Shown here: positions 40,746 to 51,101 of the stretch, in pieces
How positions within the stretch are numbered: position 1 is the first letter of the stretch
Layout: the number at the start of each line of letters is the position of its first letter
IMG/VR virus record: IMGVR_UViG_3300003177_000005
Location: 32,001 to 96,000 of that record
Origin: a virus
Strand: one strand, 5' to 3'
DNA: 64,000 nucleotides
The notes under the pieces: model-generated
Seen by the model: only the letters and a program-made list of their open reading frames with translations
Told to the model about the DNA's origin: nothing
Databases searched by the model: none
Made by a program: the position numbers and the translations under genes

Positions 40746-41145
40746 TCTATGTTATACTTATATATAAGACATATATAATACTTAAACTAAAGAGATCTAA
40801 TAATTTATATATAAACAAATAATAAACATATAAGATCTTAATAATATATAAAAGATAAATATAATAAAGGTCTATCAGTAATAATCCTAAAGTTATGTCA
40901 TAGACAGATATAGAGATCTTAATAATAAATAATAAATATAAAGATCTAAATAATTATAACATATATACATAAATAATAAAATATATAATAAACTAATATA
41001 TAGATAAGAAAATATCTTAATAATATAAAAGAGATCTATAATCATAGTTAATAAGACATAAAGGTAGTAAATTTAGTTAATACTACTATAAGATATACTA
41101 TGACATAGATAAGTAAAAGAAAGTTAAAATAGAGTATATTTTATC
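40745..41145. repeat. Very AT-rich non-coding tract with repeated AGATCT(T)AATAAT units
   Basis: GATC at 40794, 40834, 40915, 40943, 41033; A-skewed low complexity. Confidence 0.75.
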
Positions 41146-41180
41146 TATATATTATTTAGTTAGTAATGTCATATTACTAA
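41146..41180 (+). promoter_or_regulatory. Promoter-like box plus hairpin
   Basis: tatatattatttagt-tagtaat-gtcat-attacta. Confidence 0.6.
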
Positions 41181-41208
41181 AGTTAAAATTTAAATAAGGA
41201 GTTAAGTT

Positions 41209-41580
41209 ATGAAGGTTGAGTTAGTTAAGTTATCAGAGAGTATCAGTTCTGTTACTCCATTTGAGTTCTTTATGTTAAAAGAGAAAATAACAGATAGTTC
41301 TCTTTATATTTTTAAAGAAGAGAACCTTGTCGATATCAAAAGTAAGAGGGGTAAAGTATTAAATACTTCTTTTGTAGATATTAATTTAGGTATCAATGTA
41401 AATATTAGTTATTACGTTATGAAACAAGATGATATCTTTATTGTATATGTGATTGATTTTTTGGTTGAAAAGGTTTTAAGTGATGAGGTTTTTGTTAATA
41501 AGTTAGAGCTCGTTGAAAAAACATTAGTCAAATTTAAAGATGTCTATAATAAAGAAGAGTTTAAATTATTAGGGGTTTAA
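41209..41580 (+). CDS. Hypothetical protein
   Basis: 123 aa, AAGGAG RBS. Confidence 0.72.
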   Translation: MKVELVKLSESISSVTPFEFFMLKEKITDSSLYIFKEENLVDIKSKRGKVLNTSFVDINLGINVNISYYVMKQDDIFIVYVIDFLVEKVLSDEVFVNKLELVEKTLVKFKDVYNKEEFKLLGV

Positions 41581-41637
41581 GAAGATAATGTCTATAAAAA
41601 ACATCTTCTAAAAAGATTAGAGTTAAATTTATTTAAA

Positions 41638-41928
41638 TTGTTGGTAAATCTTAACTATTCTGTTAATAGTAAATTAATCGAAATTAGAAGGTTTGAGATA
41701 TTATTAGAATTATCTATGGTGAAAAGACCAATTTATAGAGAATTGATTTTTCCATTTAAGAACCCAGAACCAAAGCAGTCTTATGAGAAAGCGTCTATGT
41801 TTAAAAAAGGTCAAGAAGAAAAGAGACTTAAACTTGTAAATAACACTACTAAAGAAAGATGGGAACGGTTAGAACAAGGAAATATAAAGCTGCGGGTAAC
41901 ACCAGAAATGAAAGACGAAACAAAGTAA
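41638..41928 (+). CDS. Hypothetical protein (true start probably 41588 via an A-run indel)
   Basis: 96-aa ORF with open frame extending upstream. Confidence 0.5.
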   Translation: MLVNLNYSVNSKLIEIRRFEILLELSMVKRPIYRELIFPFKNPEPKQSYEKASMFKKGQEEKRLKLVNNTTKERWERLEQGNIKLRVTPEMKDETK

Positions 41929-41968
41929 AAGTATCTTTGTATCAAAAATTAAAAAACAGGAGAAAAAA

Positions 41969-43222
41969 ATGAAAAAAATTGAAGAGGTATTTCTAGAGTA
42001 TATTAAGTATGGAACTAACATTGAGTTATTATTTGCTGTGGGTGACTTAGAAAGAGTACCATTAATTAAAGTGAAATTTATAGAGGTAGAACTATTAATG
42101 CAGAACCATTGCAAAAAGAAGTATATGGTTAAAAAAGAGAAAATTGATATCAGAGCTATTAAATGGCAACCCAACTTTAAAATAGAAACTGAAGTATCTA
42201 AATTAATTAAAGAAAAAACAACTAAAATCAAAGATGTTTTAGGTGTTAAAATCGAAATTCAAGTAAACTCTTCTTTAAGAAATACATTCATAGCAATCTT
42301 AAATAAGGATGATGATGAAAGAAAAATGTGGTTAAATATTAAGGAAATGTTTATCGAAGATGGTAAACTAGATAAAAACGAAAAGTTAAACTATTTAAGT
42401 ATTATGGATCCATTGGATATTCATAGTGGTGCCAAAAACGAAAAGTTAAGAGATGTTATCTTATATAAACCGTTTTCTAAGAAAGATAAGAAAAAGTCGA
42501 AAATAGATAAAGTTGCTGTTAAGATAGAAAAACCTCAAGCAACATCAGTTTATAAAAACCTTATGAATCTAATAAAAGAACAAGCAGGTAAGAAAAGTGA
42601 AAAGGAAAAATCTAATAGACTTAAAGATATGATTACAGAAACCCTTGGTCATCTTTTTAATGGAAACGAAATTCATATGATTGTTCCTAAAACAAATCAA
42701 TATAAAGATGATTTTATTAATGACTTAGTTAAAAATACAGTAGCACTAAATGATATCAGTAATGATGTTCCAATTAGCGAGAATGATAGAGAGAATACTT
42801 TTATCGATATCGAAAAAGGTTTAAAAGAAAACGGTATTGACTCTTTAGATAACAATAGTACCTACCAAGATCCATTTCGATCAAAAGAAAAGGATACTAT
42901 TAAGGATGTGTGTAGTTTCTCGTTTTATGTAATCTTCCCTAACGGGCAAAATGAGTTTTTCGTTTTAAATAAGATAAACAAGGAGATGTTAATCGTAAAG
43001 GTTATTTCGTCAACTAAGTTAAGGGTAATGACCTTAGGTACTTTGGAGAGTCTATCTAAAATGACTCAAATAGATCTTAATAAAATATCTAAAATAACAT
43101 TACCTATGGAGATTTTGGAATATACTCTAAAAAACTATATTTGGGAACATCAAAAAACCAACCTTCTTATTAATCCTCATGAACAAGAGTTATTTAATCA
43201 TCTGGTTGAATTATATAGTTAG
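41969..43222 (+). CDS. Hypothetical protein
   Basis: 417 aa, AGGAG RBS. Confidence 0.78.
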   Translation: MKKIEEVFLEYIKYGTNIELLFAVGDLERVPLIKVKFIEVELLMQNHCKKKYMVKKEKIDIRAIKWQPNFKIETEVSKLIKEKTTKIKDVLGVKIEIQVNSSLRNTFIAILNKDDDERKMWLNIKEMFIEDGKLDKNEKLNYLSIMDPLDIHSGAKNEKLRDVILYKPFSKKDKKKSKIDKVAVKIEKPQATSVYKNLMNLIKEQAGKKSEKEKSNRLKDMITETLGHLFNGNEIHMIVPKTNQYKDDFINDLVKNTVALNDISNDVPISENDRENTFIDIEKGLKENGIDSLDNNSTYQDPFRSKEKDTIKDVCSFSFYVIFPNGQNEFFVLNKINKEMLIVKVISSTKLRVMTLGTLESLSKMTQIDLNKISKITLPMEILEYTLKNYIWEHQKTNLLINPHEQELFNHLVELYS

Positions 43223-43232
43223 TGGTTAAGTT

Positions 43233-43592
43233 ATGTTATTCGTTAATACAGGTAGTACAAGATTAGTATTCTTGACTAAAAAATATGCTATAAAAATACC
43301 AAGAATTTTCGTAAAACCTGATAATGGGTTTTACGGGAAAACCATCGGTTTCTTAAATGGATGGTTGGCTAACAGATATGAATACAAATGGTCTAAAAGT
43401 CAAATGTATGATTTTTTATGTCCTGTTAAGTATAGTTTTTTCTTTAGTATGATTATCGTGATGAAAAGAGCTGAAACATTATCTAGAGAAGAGTTTTTTA
43501 ATTTAAATAAATTCAATTTTGTTTATGAACATAAGTTAGATAGTTATGGTAAATTAGATGGCAAAGTAGTTGTTGTTGACTATGGAAATTAA
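43233..43592 (+). CDS. Miniature protein-kinase-like protein
   Basis: GSTRLVF (Gly loop), YAIKIP (Lys), ANRYE, EHKLDSYG, VVVDYG in 119 aa. Confidence 0.55.
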   Translation: MLFVNTGSTRLVFLTKKYAIKIPRIFVKPDNGFYGKTIGFLNGWLANRYEYKWSKSQMYDFLCPVKYSFFFSMIIVMKRAETLSREEFFNLNKFNFVYEHKLDSYGKLDGKVVVVDYGN

Positions 43593-43779
43593 AATTAGGA
43601 GAAAAAAATGACAATTGAAGAGTTAGTAAAAGTTTATGACAATGGTGATATTGGTACTAAATTAAAAGTAAGAGCTATGTTAACAGCTCGACACTACTTA
43701 AATAGTGTTGTCGTTAAAAAACCGTTACTATTACTACCATACTTTACTAAGAAAAAGTAAGAAACTTAAAGGAAAAATA

Positions 43780-44388
43780 ATGAAAAATAAGATATGGTTA
43801 ATTAAGAGGAAAGATGTTTTACACACAGGTTCTACAAAAGAGACAGTTTTCGGTATCTATAAGTTTAAGGATACTAAAAAACTTTTTGAAGGTTTAAAAA
43901 CCTATATGGAGAAGAATAATAGAGTTTATATAGAACTTTATTGTTTAAGAAAACAAATTCTTATACAGTCTAGATCATTTAGTAGTATCTTAAATTATGT
44001 AGGAAAGTTTAGAATTATGGTTTCTCAGTATCCAAAGTTAGATACTAGTTTTTTAGATAAGTATAATAAAAAGGTAGATAAACTCTTTAGAAAGATTACT
44101 GAAAATGGCATTGAAGTAAAAAACATTAACTTCGATAGAAACGCTCTAAAATGTAAGTTAACATTATTACTGTTTAACGAAGAAACTGGTTATTACACTA
44201 AAGAATTTTCTTATAATAGTATTATCTTAAGCGATAATAGTTTACTGTTTAAAGATAAGTTTCTCGAAAATAAAGATGTGTTAATTGGTTATAAAGAAGA
44301 AATAATTTGGAGCAAAGATAAAACTGATACTAACTATTACTTCTTTAAAGAAAATAAATTAGACTTAGAAGTTGCCGAAAAAGGCTAA
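43780..44388 (+). CDS. Hypothetical protein, paralog of 45002..45649
   Basis: YPKLDTSFLDKYNKKVDKLFRKITENG vs YPELNISFLDKYNKKVDKFFKKLTANG. Confidence 0.75.
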   Translation: MKNKIWLIKRKDVLHTGSTKETVFGIYKFKDTKKLFEGLKTYMEKNNRVYIELYCLRKQILIQSRSFSSILNYVGKFRIMVSQYPKLDTSFLDKYNKKVDKLFRKITENGIEVKNINFDRNALKCKLTLLLFNEETGYYTKEFSYNSIILSDNSLLFKDKFLENKDVLIGYKEEIIWSKDKTDTNYYFFKENKLDLEVAEKG

Positions 44389-44483
44389 TGATAATGAGGA
44401 AGTAGAAGAAGAAAATGACTTTACACCTATTCCTCATGACGAAAGTGAAATTATGAAATTAACTGGTAAGGTAGGGTATTAAA

Positions 44484-44987
44484 ATGGAAGAGAGAGTGAA
44501 AGAACTGATTTATTTAAGAGACAGTTTATTAAGAAGAATCCAAAAGTTCTACAAGATTATTAACACCGTAGAAGATGATCAAGTATTAGCGGATAAACTA
44601 AATAAAGATTTAGAAATTGCAGAACAAGATTTGCCAACTGATAAGGAAACTAGTAAAGCAATCAACGATCTTAGTAATTGTGTTAATTTACCTCATTTGA
44701 TTACATTCTTTAAAAGTTTGGTTATTGCCCCAAAAGGCAATAACCAAATAATTATGGATACTGATGATGGTAGTGTTTTTAAGATTAAAGTAACAACAGA
44801 AGCAATCGAAGTAAATATAATTTTTAGTGGTAAAACCTTAGAAGTTGAAAGTTTAGAAACATCTCCTGCTATAAATATTTTTAAAAGTTTTAATTTCAAA
44901 AGAAATACAGTTAGTGATAAAACAAGTCTTTTAAAGTATAGTAAAAATTTAAAAGAGTATATAGATTCACTTTGTAATAAAAAATAG
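44484..44987 (+). CDS. Hypothetical protein
   Basis: 167 aa. Confidence 0.72.
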   Translation: MEERVKELIYLRDSLLRRIQKFYKIINTVEDDQVLADKLNKDLEIAEQDLPTDKETSKAINDLSNCVNLPHLITFFKSLVIAPKGNNQIIMDTDDGSVFKIKVTTEAIEVNIIFSGKTLEVESLETSPAINIFKSFNFKRNTVSDKTSLLKYSKNLKEYIDSLCNKK

Positions 44988-45001
44988 AAAAAGGAAGAAT
45001 A

Positions 45002-45649
45002 ATGGAAAAGAGAGTATGGGTAATTAAAACTATGGATACCATAACTACAAGTGGGCCAAAAGAGGAAATAAAAGGAATATTTCCTTTTATAGGTGTTAAA
45101 GGTGTTTTTAAAAGTTTAAAAGAACATATGAAAAATAATACATTTGTATTTTTAGGCACTTATAATATGAAGAAACAATGTTTCCTTGACTTTAGACGCC
45201 TTAATAGTAAAAAAGATTGGATAGGTGCTTTTAGAATGTTGGTTATCGGGTATCCAGAACTTAATATAAGTTTTTTGGATAAATATAATAAAAAAGTTGA
45301 TAAGTTTTTTAAGAAATTAACAGCTAATGGACTTACTGTAAGAAAATTCACAACAGCACCTGTCGAATGTGTTAAGAGTACAGAATTTAAGTTTTTGTTT
45401 TACAATTTTAACACAGGTTACTACATTAAAAAAATAAAAGTCGAAGGTCAAATAAGCGAAGATGTTCCCTCTGAGATAAAAGATTTTCGTAGGATTAATA
45501 ACGAAAATATTATTGGTTATAGAGAAAAAATCCTTCTATGGACTGGTGATGAGATTAAAAAATATTATTTTATAGACAAAAATCTGAATTTGGATTTAGA
45601 AGGTGATACTGTTGAGTTTACATCTAATAAAAGTAGTAAAAAATTGTAA
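45002..45649 (+). CDS. Hypothetical protein, paralog of 43780..44388
   Basis: Colinear similarity along most of the length. Confidence 0.75.
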   Translation: MEKRVWVIKTMDTITTSGPKEEIKGIFPFIGVKGVFKSLKEHMKNNTFVFLGTYNMKKQCFLDFRRLNSKKDWIGAFRMLVIGYPELNISFLDKYNKKVDKFFKKLTANGLTVRKFTTAPVECVKSTEFKFLFYNFNTGYYIKKIKVEGQISEDVPSEIKDFRRINNENIIGYREKILLWTGDEIKKYYFIDKNLNLDLEGDTVEFTSNKSSKKL

Positions 45650-45661
45650 AAGGTAAAAGAA

Positions 45662-46501
45662 ATGAAAGTAATAGAATTTTTAACAGGGTATATTGGTGAG
45701 GACAATGTTGTCCTTTATGATGGAGTAATAGGTCAAGATATTATTGATAAACTATTTTCTAATGCTGGCAATAGTTATTTTAATAAATTAATAGAAGTGA
45801 TGGAATTGAAAAATATTTTTGAACTTCATTTATTTACTGATAAATTTCGACATATGATTTTATATAGAAAACTTAAATATCAAGATGATGTCGTTGATGC
45901 AATAGTAACTATACAAGGTAAGGATACTAGGATTGATAAAAGATTAAAAGATTTGGATAAAGAATTTAAATTTCTATTTACTCCAATCTATATTTATAAA
46001 CAACCAGTTAAAAAGGAAATGAAAATAACCGATAAACTGGAAGGTGAAGGTTTAGCTCTTTTATCTAATGATACTTTAGATAGTATTGTTAAAAAACTTA
46101 GTGTTAAATATGAAATAAGTCGAAATAGTGGTCAACATTTTTTCGATGAGGATGATAATTATTTATTTACGTCTTATAATGGAAAGTTCTTCGATGTTAG
46201 AGAAGATGGTCTTTTAGATACTGAAACAGAAAGAGAACTTACAAAATTAGTCTATAAAAGATTAAGTTTTAAAAATGTTCTTATAGATATAGAATCAGAT
46301 ATTATGATTTTTGAAATTTTTAATGATGTTGTTATTTTACATTGTAAACAAGATTATTCTGAATTATTAACTGATGTTAAAATAGAAAAGATGTTAAATG
46401 TATCTTATGAAGATATTGACCCACTATTAACTATAAATCCTAAGATATTATTAAATATGTTAGGTATAAAAAATAAAAACTATACAGGTTCTCAAGATTG
46501 A
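45662..46501 (+). CDS. Hypothetical protein
   Basis: 279 aa; stop embedded in hairpin 46481-46512. Confidence 0.75.
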   Translation: MKVIEFLTGYIGEDNVVLYDGVIGQDIIDKLFSNAGNSYFNKLIEVMELKNIFELHLFTDKFRHMILYRKLKYQDDVVDAIVTIQGKDTRIDKRLKDLDKEFKFLFTPIYIYKQPVKKEMKITDKLEGEGLALLSNDTLDSIVKKLSVKYEISRNSGQHFFDEDDNYLFTSYNGKFFDVREDGLLDTETERELTKLVYKRLSFKNVLIDIESDIMIFEIFNDVVILHCKQDYSELLTDVKIEKMLNVSYEDIDPLLTINPKILLNMLGIKNKNYTGSQD

Positions 46502-46530
46502 GAACCTGTATAAATTAATAAAAATTTATC

Positions 46531-46565
46531 TATATATTTTTTATTTAGTGTGAAACATCACTATA
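46531..46565 (+). promoter_or_regulatory. Promoter-like box plus hairpin
   Basis: tatatattttttatt-tagtg-tgaaacat-cacta. Confidence 0.6.
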
Positions 46566-46611
46566 GGTGTCCTTAATGGATTAATTTATTCTATTTTTCT
46601 AGAAGTTAAAT

Positions 46612-46743
46612 ATGAACAAAAAAGTTACGAGAGATGGAAACATCTTGATGGGGTTTAAGGGTGAAATAAATCTTAAACAAAAAGCTGTACCTTCTAAGAA
46701 GGTTTATAAAAGAAGACCTAAACATGGTCTTAAATTTTATTAA
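46612..46743 (+). CDS. 43-aa basic microprotein, ArfA/BrfA-like tail
   Basis: MNKKVTRDGNILMGFKGEINLKQKAVPSKKVYKRRPKHGLKFY (own translation; below ORF-track cutoff). Confidence 0.55.
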   Translation: MNKKVTRDGNILMGFKGEINLKQKAVPSKKVYKRRPKHGLKFY

Positions 46744-46754
46744 GGGGTTATAAA

Positions 46755-47446
46755 ATGGAATTAAATAAAGATGTATTTAAAATGTTTTTAAATAGTGGTT
46801 TAGTGATAGTGGACTTAAGTATTAACGAGTGTATGCATGGGTTATCTATAAGTACCCAATTAAAGATGAGAAAGTCTAAGATTACTTTTTTAATAGCTGA
46901 TTTGGAAGCAGAAAGATATAGGTTAATAGAAAGAACAATGGATATAAAGGAACTATCCATACTAAGAAATAGTCAAGGTTTTAAAACATCTTATGGATAT
47001 ATACCGCAATACTGTCTAGAACTACTACTACTATATCAGACGCTGGAGTCTCAATTGCTCTAATAGAAGCAGTATTTGAGGAATATAGAAGTGTTACTAA
47101 TGTGAATAACAAAATAATAGGGTTTTTTATCGAAACAGAAGTAAATAACAGTCTACATAAGGAAATTTTCAGGTTAAACGATAAGGTAAGTAATAAATAT
47201 TGGCAATCGATAGCAAACAAATTGGATATGTTAGAAATCCTTTTATCTAGAGATGTTACATTTGAAATGCATGATTTGTATAAGGACTCTCAATTGGATC
47301 TACCTATATACCAAAATGATAAAGGGCAATTTATAAGAAATCCTACTAAAGATGAACTCGATATGTACAAAGAAAAAAATAGTGATATATTAACCTCTTT
47401 TCTTTATGAACCATTAAAAAGTGAGATAGATGCTGAAAGAGAATAG
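46755..47446 (+). pseudogene. Single hypothetical gene split by an indel near 46985
   Basis: Adding one A gives KNILWIYTAILSRTTTTISDAGVSIALIEAVFEEY.. continuing into 47102..47446. Confidence 0.55.
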
Positions 47447-47928
47447 TTAAAGATTCCCAAGAGTGTAGATTTCTATAAATCACTAGTTATTCATGAAGTT
47501 TCAAAGAACAACTACACTATTGTTGATACTGAAACTAGTAATATATATATATAATCTTATAGTAACTTCGAATTTTATTAAAATCTCTAGCATTGCGAGT
47601 GGTAACAATTTGCGAATATTAGCTTTAAATCAGTCGATTGGTATTATAAACTATATTATTGTGACAATAGACTTATGCGAGAATAGTTTTTGGTCAGATG
47701 AGTTATTACAATTTGGGTCAACTATAAAAGAGTATATAGAAATACTCGTAAACAAAAGAATATAAGGATGTTCAATGTACTTTAATTTACATGCAATTTT
47801 GAAACTTTAAAAAATTAAAGGTCTATTTATTAGATGATGGACCTAAAGATTTATTAGCTAATAAAGCTATTAGAAGAGATGGTGTTTATACTGAGTATAG
47901 ATTAATTTTTGATTAAAGGGAGAACAAT

Positions 47929-48693
47929 ATGTTAACGATAAAGAAAACAGGACAGACGGTTACAAACAAAGAAATAAATCATTGCGATTTAGATAGTGTA
48001 TCTGAGAGACGATATACTGTTTTCAGAGTAGATACAGAAGATAAAAAATTCATAGAGTTCGTTTTTACGTATAGAAATTTTGTTTTAATTAATACTAACA
48101 TTGAAGAGATTAAGGGGCAAAGTTTATCAGTAATTCTGGATAATGATAAAGACAGTTACTCGTTCATTCTATTTACTGATAAAGGTTATATACGAATTAA
48201 TAATGAGAAGGTTTCATGTATAAATAGTAAAGAAGCTAGAAACTATAGTACACCTATAAGAACTTTACATGATCAAAATGAAGATCCGTGTTTTTACGAT
48301 ACTTTAAATAATAAGTTTCTAAATCTAGGTCTAGAGGAAATTGTGGATGAAGTTACAAGGTCCTTTATAGAGATGGATTTTAAAGAGGACAGTATTAATA
48401 TCGACTATTTTGTTAAGACAGACAGTAAAGTATGCGGTGTATATGGAGCTTTACTTAGAAACGAAATCGAAGATATTTCTTTAACACACAAAGATGGGTA
48501 TAAATCTCTTAGTTGCTATTTTAGTAACGATCATTTAATGTTTGATATCAGTGATTTTGATCAAGGTAGTTTTATGACTTTTAAAGATATAGAGGAATTA
48601 AAAACCATGTTTACAAGCGTTGAGAAGTCGAAAGAGTTAGTTGTAAATCAATTGGTTAAAGTAGATGATCAATTTTACACTATTCATGTTTAA
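47929..48693 (+). CDS. Hypothetical protein
   Basis: 254 aa, GGGGAG RBS. Confidence 0.75.
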   Translation: MLTIKKTGQTVTNKEINHCDLDSVSERRYTVFRVDTEDKKFIEFVFTYRNFVLINTNIEEIKGQSLSVILDNDKDSYSFILFTDKGYIRINNEKVSCINSKEARNYSTPIRTLHDQNEDPCFYDTLNNKFLNLGLEEIVDEVTRSFIEMDFKEDSINIDYFVKTDSKVCGVYGALLRNEIEDISLTHKDGYKSLSCYFSNDHLMFDISDFDQGSFMTFKDIEELKTMFTSVEKSKELVVNQLVKVDDQFYTIHV

Positions 48694-48708
48694 AAAAAGG
48701 AGAAAAAG

Positions 48709-49687
48709 ATGAAAACATTAAAAGAGATTCTAAAACTAAATGGTCTAAAGTTAGTACTGAAGGATGGTACAATTGAATTTGTTGATAAAATATTTAAAAT
48801 GGAATTATCAAAGAATTTAGTTTTTACTGGATTATATATAGTAATTGATACTTTTAATAAAGATAAAAGATTTATTTACTTTAACAATCTTTGATGTTGT
48901 AGAGTTCATAGAGACATTAGCTTGTTCAAGTAGTGAGAAAATGACAATAGAGATAAATGATATTGTAAATAAGCGTGTTTGGACTAAGGAGAATTTTTAT
49001 CAACTTATAGATTTACCAGACACAGAGTTATTAAATTACATAGAGTTCTTTATTCTTACCAAATATCCAAAAAGTAAAAAGATTAGTGACAAGCTATACA
49101 TCACTAAAAAAGGTGTTATTAAAATTGAAGACAAAGGGGTTGTCGAAAAGAAAATTAAAGGCTTAAATAAAAAAGAGAAAGTTCTAATTTTAAGAGAGAT
49201 AAACTTTATACTTATTAATAATGTGACAGACTTTGAGTTTTTTAAATGGTTAAAAAGAAATAAAAAAGAACTATCGTTATCTCTAGATATTAAAATTGAT
49301 AAGACAAAGGTGACAGTAACAAATCAAGTCGTTATAAAAGAATACACTTTTATCGATAATGTTATAGCTGATGTTAACATTAGTGTGAATGTACCAGAGT
49401 TAGATGTATTCAATGGGCTTTGGGAAACTAGAAACTTTAAAAAGCTTAAAGCTTATATATTAGATGTTAAACCTAAAAATTACACTAGTATTATACAAGA
49501 GTCTCGCGGTTATTGTAATGATAAGATTAATTTAGTTATTACTAAAACCAAAGAGACCGAGTTAGAAGTTGTGGAAAATGCTTATGAATATGAGGTAGAT
49601 GGTCTTTCGAACTTTGATTTGAATTTAGCTAATAAGGCTGTTAAAGTGGAAGATGGTTATATCGAATATCATATCAACTTTGATTAA
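48709..49687 (+). pseudogene. Hypothetical gene, probably split by a frameshift near 48890
   Basis: 61-aa ORF with strong RBS overlaps a 280-aa ORF lacking an RBS. Confidence 0.55.
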
Positions 49688-49699
49688 GGATTAAAAAAA

Positions 49700-50197
49700 A
49701 TGGATAAATATATAACAACAATCGTAAGGGCTATAAATAAAATCGAATCTGAAGAGGAATGTTTAGACGAAAAAAAAATTAAAGGTAACTATTTCATTAA
49801 GTCTATTTCTAAAGTTAATGAACTTTTATTTGATGAAGAAATAGATGATGAAGATGAAAAGACTATAACTGAGAAAATACTAATACTTTCTCAACTCTTT
49901 AAATGTGTAATCTTTAGTTTAATTAAAAGGTATGGAGTTAAAGAACTTCAATCGGTATTACCAAAGAAAAAGGATACATACTTAATTGGTAAAATCGATT
50001 TTAAATCAGATTATACAATTAACTATCCAGTAATGGGGTTTTTAAATGCAATGTATAACATAGAGGATACGTATAGTCAAAGAGGAACCATTTTAGAACC
50101 AATAGAGTGGTTTATTTCTCTAACAGATAAAATTCTTGGAGAATTAGGACATAAAGCTGTATTAGATAAAATTCTTATATCAGATCTAAATAAATAA
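49700..50197 (+). CDS. Hypothetical protein
   Basis: 165 aa. Confidence 0.72.
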   Translation: MDKYITTIVRAINKIESEEECLDEKKIKGNYFIKSISKVNELLFDEEIDDEDEKTITEKILILSQLFKCVIFSLIKRYGVKELQSVLPKKKDTYLIGKIDFKSDYTINYPVMGFLNAMYNIEDTYSQRGTILEPIEWFISLTDKILGELGHKAVLDKILISDLNK

Positions 50198-50242
50198 TGT
50201 AATTTTTAACATTATTTTAATTTTTAAAAAGGAGAAGAAAAA

Positions 50243-50956
50243 ATGAAAGATGTTACGAAAAGACTCATTGAGTTTACAGAAATTCAAAACGAGTTAAATA
50301 TCCACACATGTGGGGAAGATTGGAGAGACGGTATATGTAGTAAATCAGGTAAAGAAATAGACTGGTTTAAATGTACTTTAGTAGAACTAGGTGAGATGTT
50401 AGAATCAGCAGCTTATAAACATTGGAAACACCAAGAAGAGGATAAAGATAATATTAAAATGGAATTGGTCGATGTCCTACATTTTATATTATCAAACTTC
50501 ATAAGAGTTTACGATGTAAATGGGGTTAAAAGTGTTTTAAGTATAGGGCACTTTGATACAAAAGAGATATTTGAAGATATCCAATTAAGAGTTGATAAGT
50601 CTAGTGACGATCAGGTAATTTTTTCATTACTTCAAAATGTATATAAACTAGGTCGAAAATATAATGACTATACATTAATAGCAACTCTCGAAGATTTCTT
50701 TGCGTTAGCTACAATGTTACTGGGACAAGGTGGTATTAATCAAGTCCTTGATACTTATAAAGCTAAAGCTACTCTAAACGTGTTTAGACAAAATAACGGA
50801 TATCAAGATGATACATATCAGAAGATATGGGATGGTAAAGAAGATAACTATTATGTTGAACATATGCTTAAAACGAATAGTTTCCTAACTACAACAGAGT
50901 TATATAACGAATTAGAGAAATTCTATAAATCATTATTTGGAGAAAAAAATGAGTAA
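50243..50956 (+). CDS. dut: Dimeric (all-alpha) dUTPase
   Basis: QNELN, ELGEMLES..YKHWK, MELVDVLHF, KATLNVFRQNNGY..TYQKIWDGKEDN. Confidence 0.9.
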   Translation: MKDVTKRLIEFTEIQNELNIHTCGEDWRDGICSKSGKEIDWFKCTLVELGEMLESAAYKHWKHQEEDKDNIKMELVDVLHFILSNFIRVYDVNGVKSVLSIGHFDTKEIFEDIQLRVDKSSDDQVIFSLLQNVYKLGRKYNDYTLIATLEDFFALATMLLGQGGINQVLDTYKAKATLNVFRQNNGYQDDTYQKIWDGKEDNYYVEHMLKTNSFLTTTELYNELEKFYKSLFGEKNE

Positions 50957-51101
50957 AGTTTATGAAATTAAAGCTAATAAAGATGCAGTTGGTAATGAGA
51001 AATTAAAAACATTAATACCAGAGTTTAAAAATTTATAAAATTTTATTTATACTTAGGTTTAAATATTATGAAAGAAACAATAAAAAAATCAGGAGAAAAA
51101 A

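Noticed and set aside
40745-41145. CRISPR array
   Set aside because: Repeats are short, degenerate and irregularly spaced with low-complexity spacers; no cas genes.
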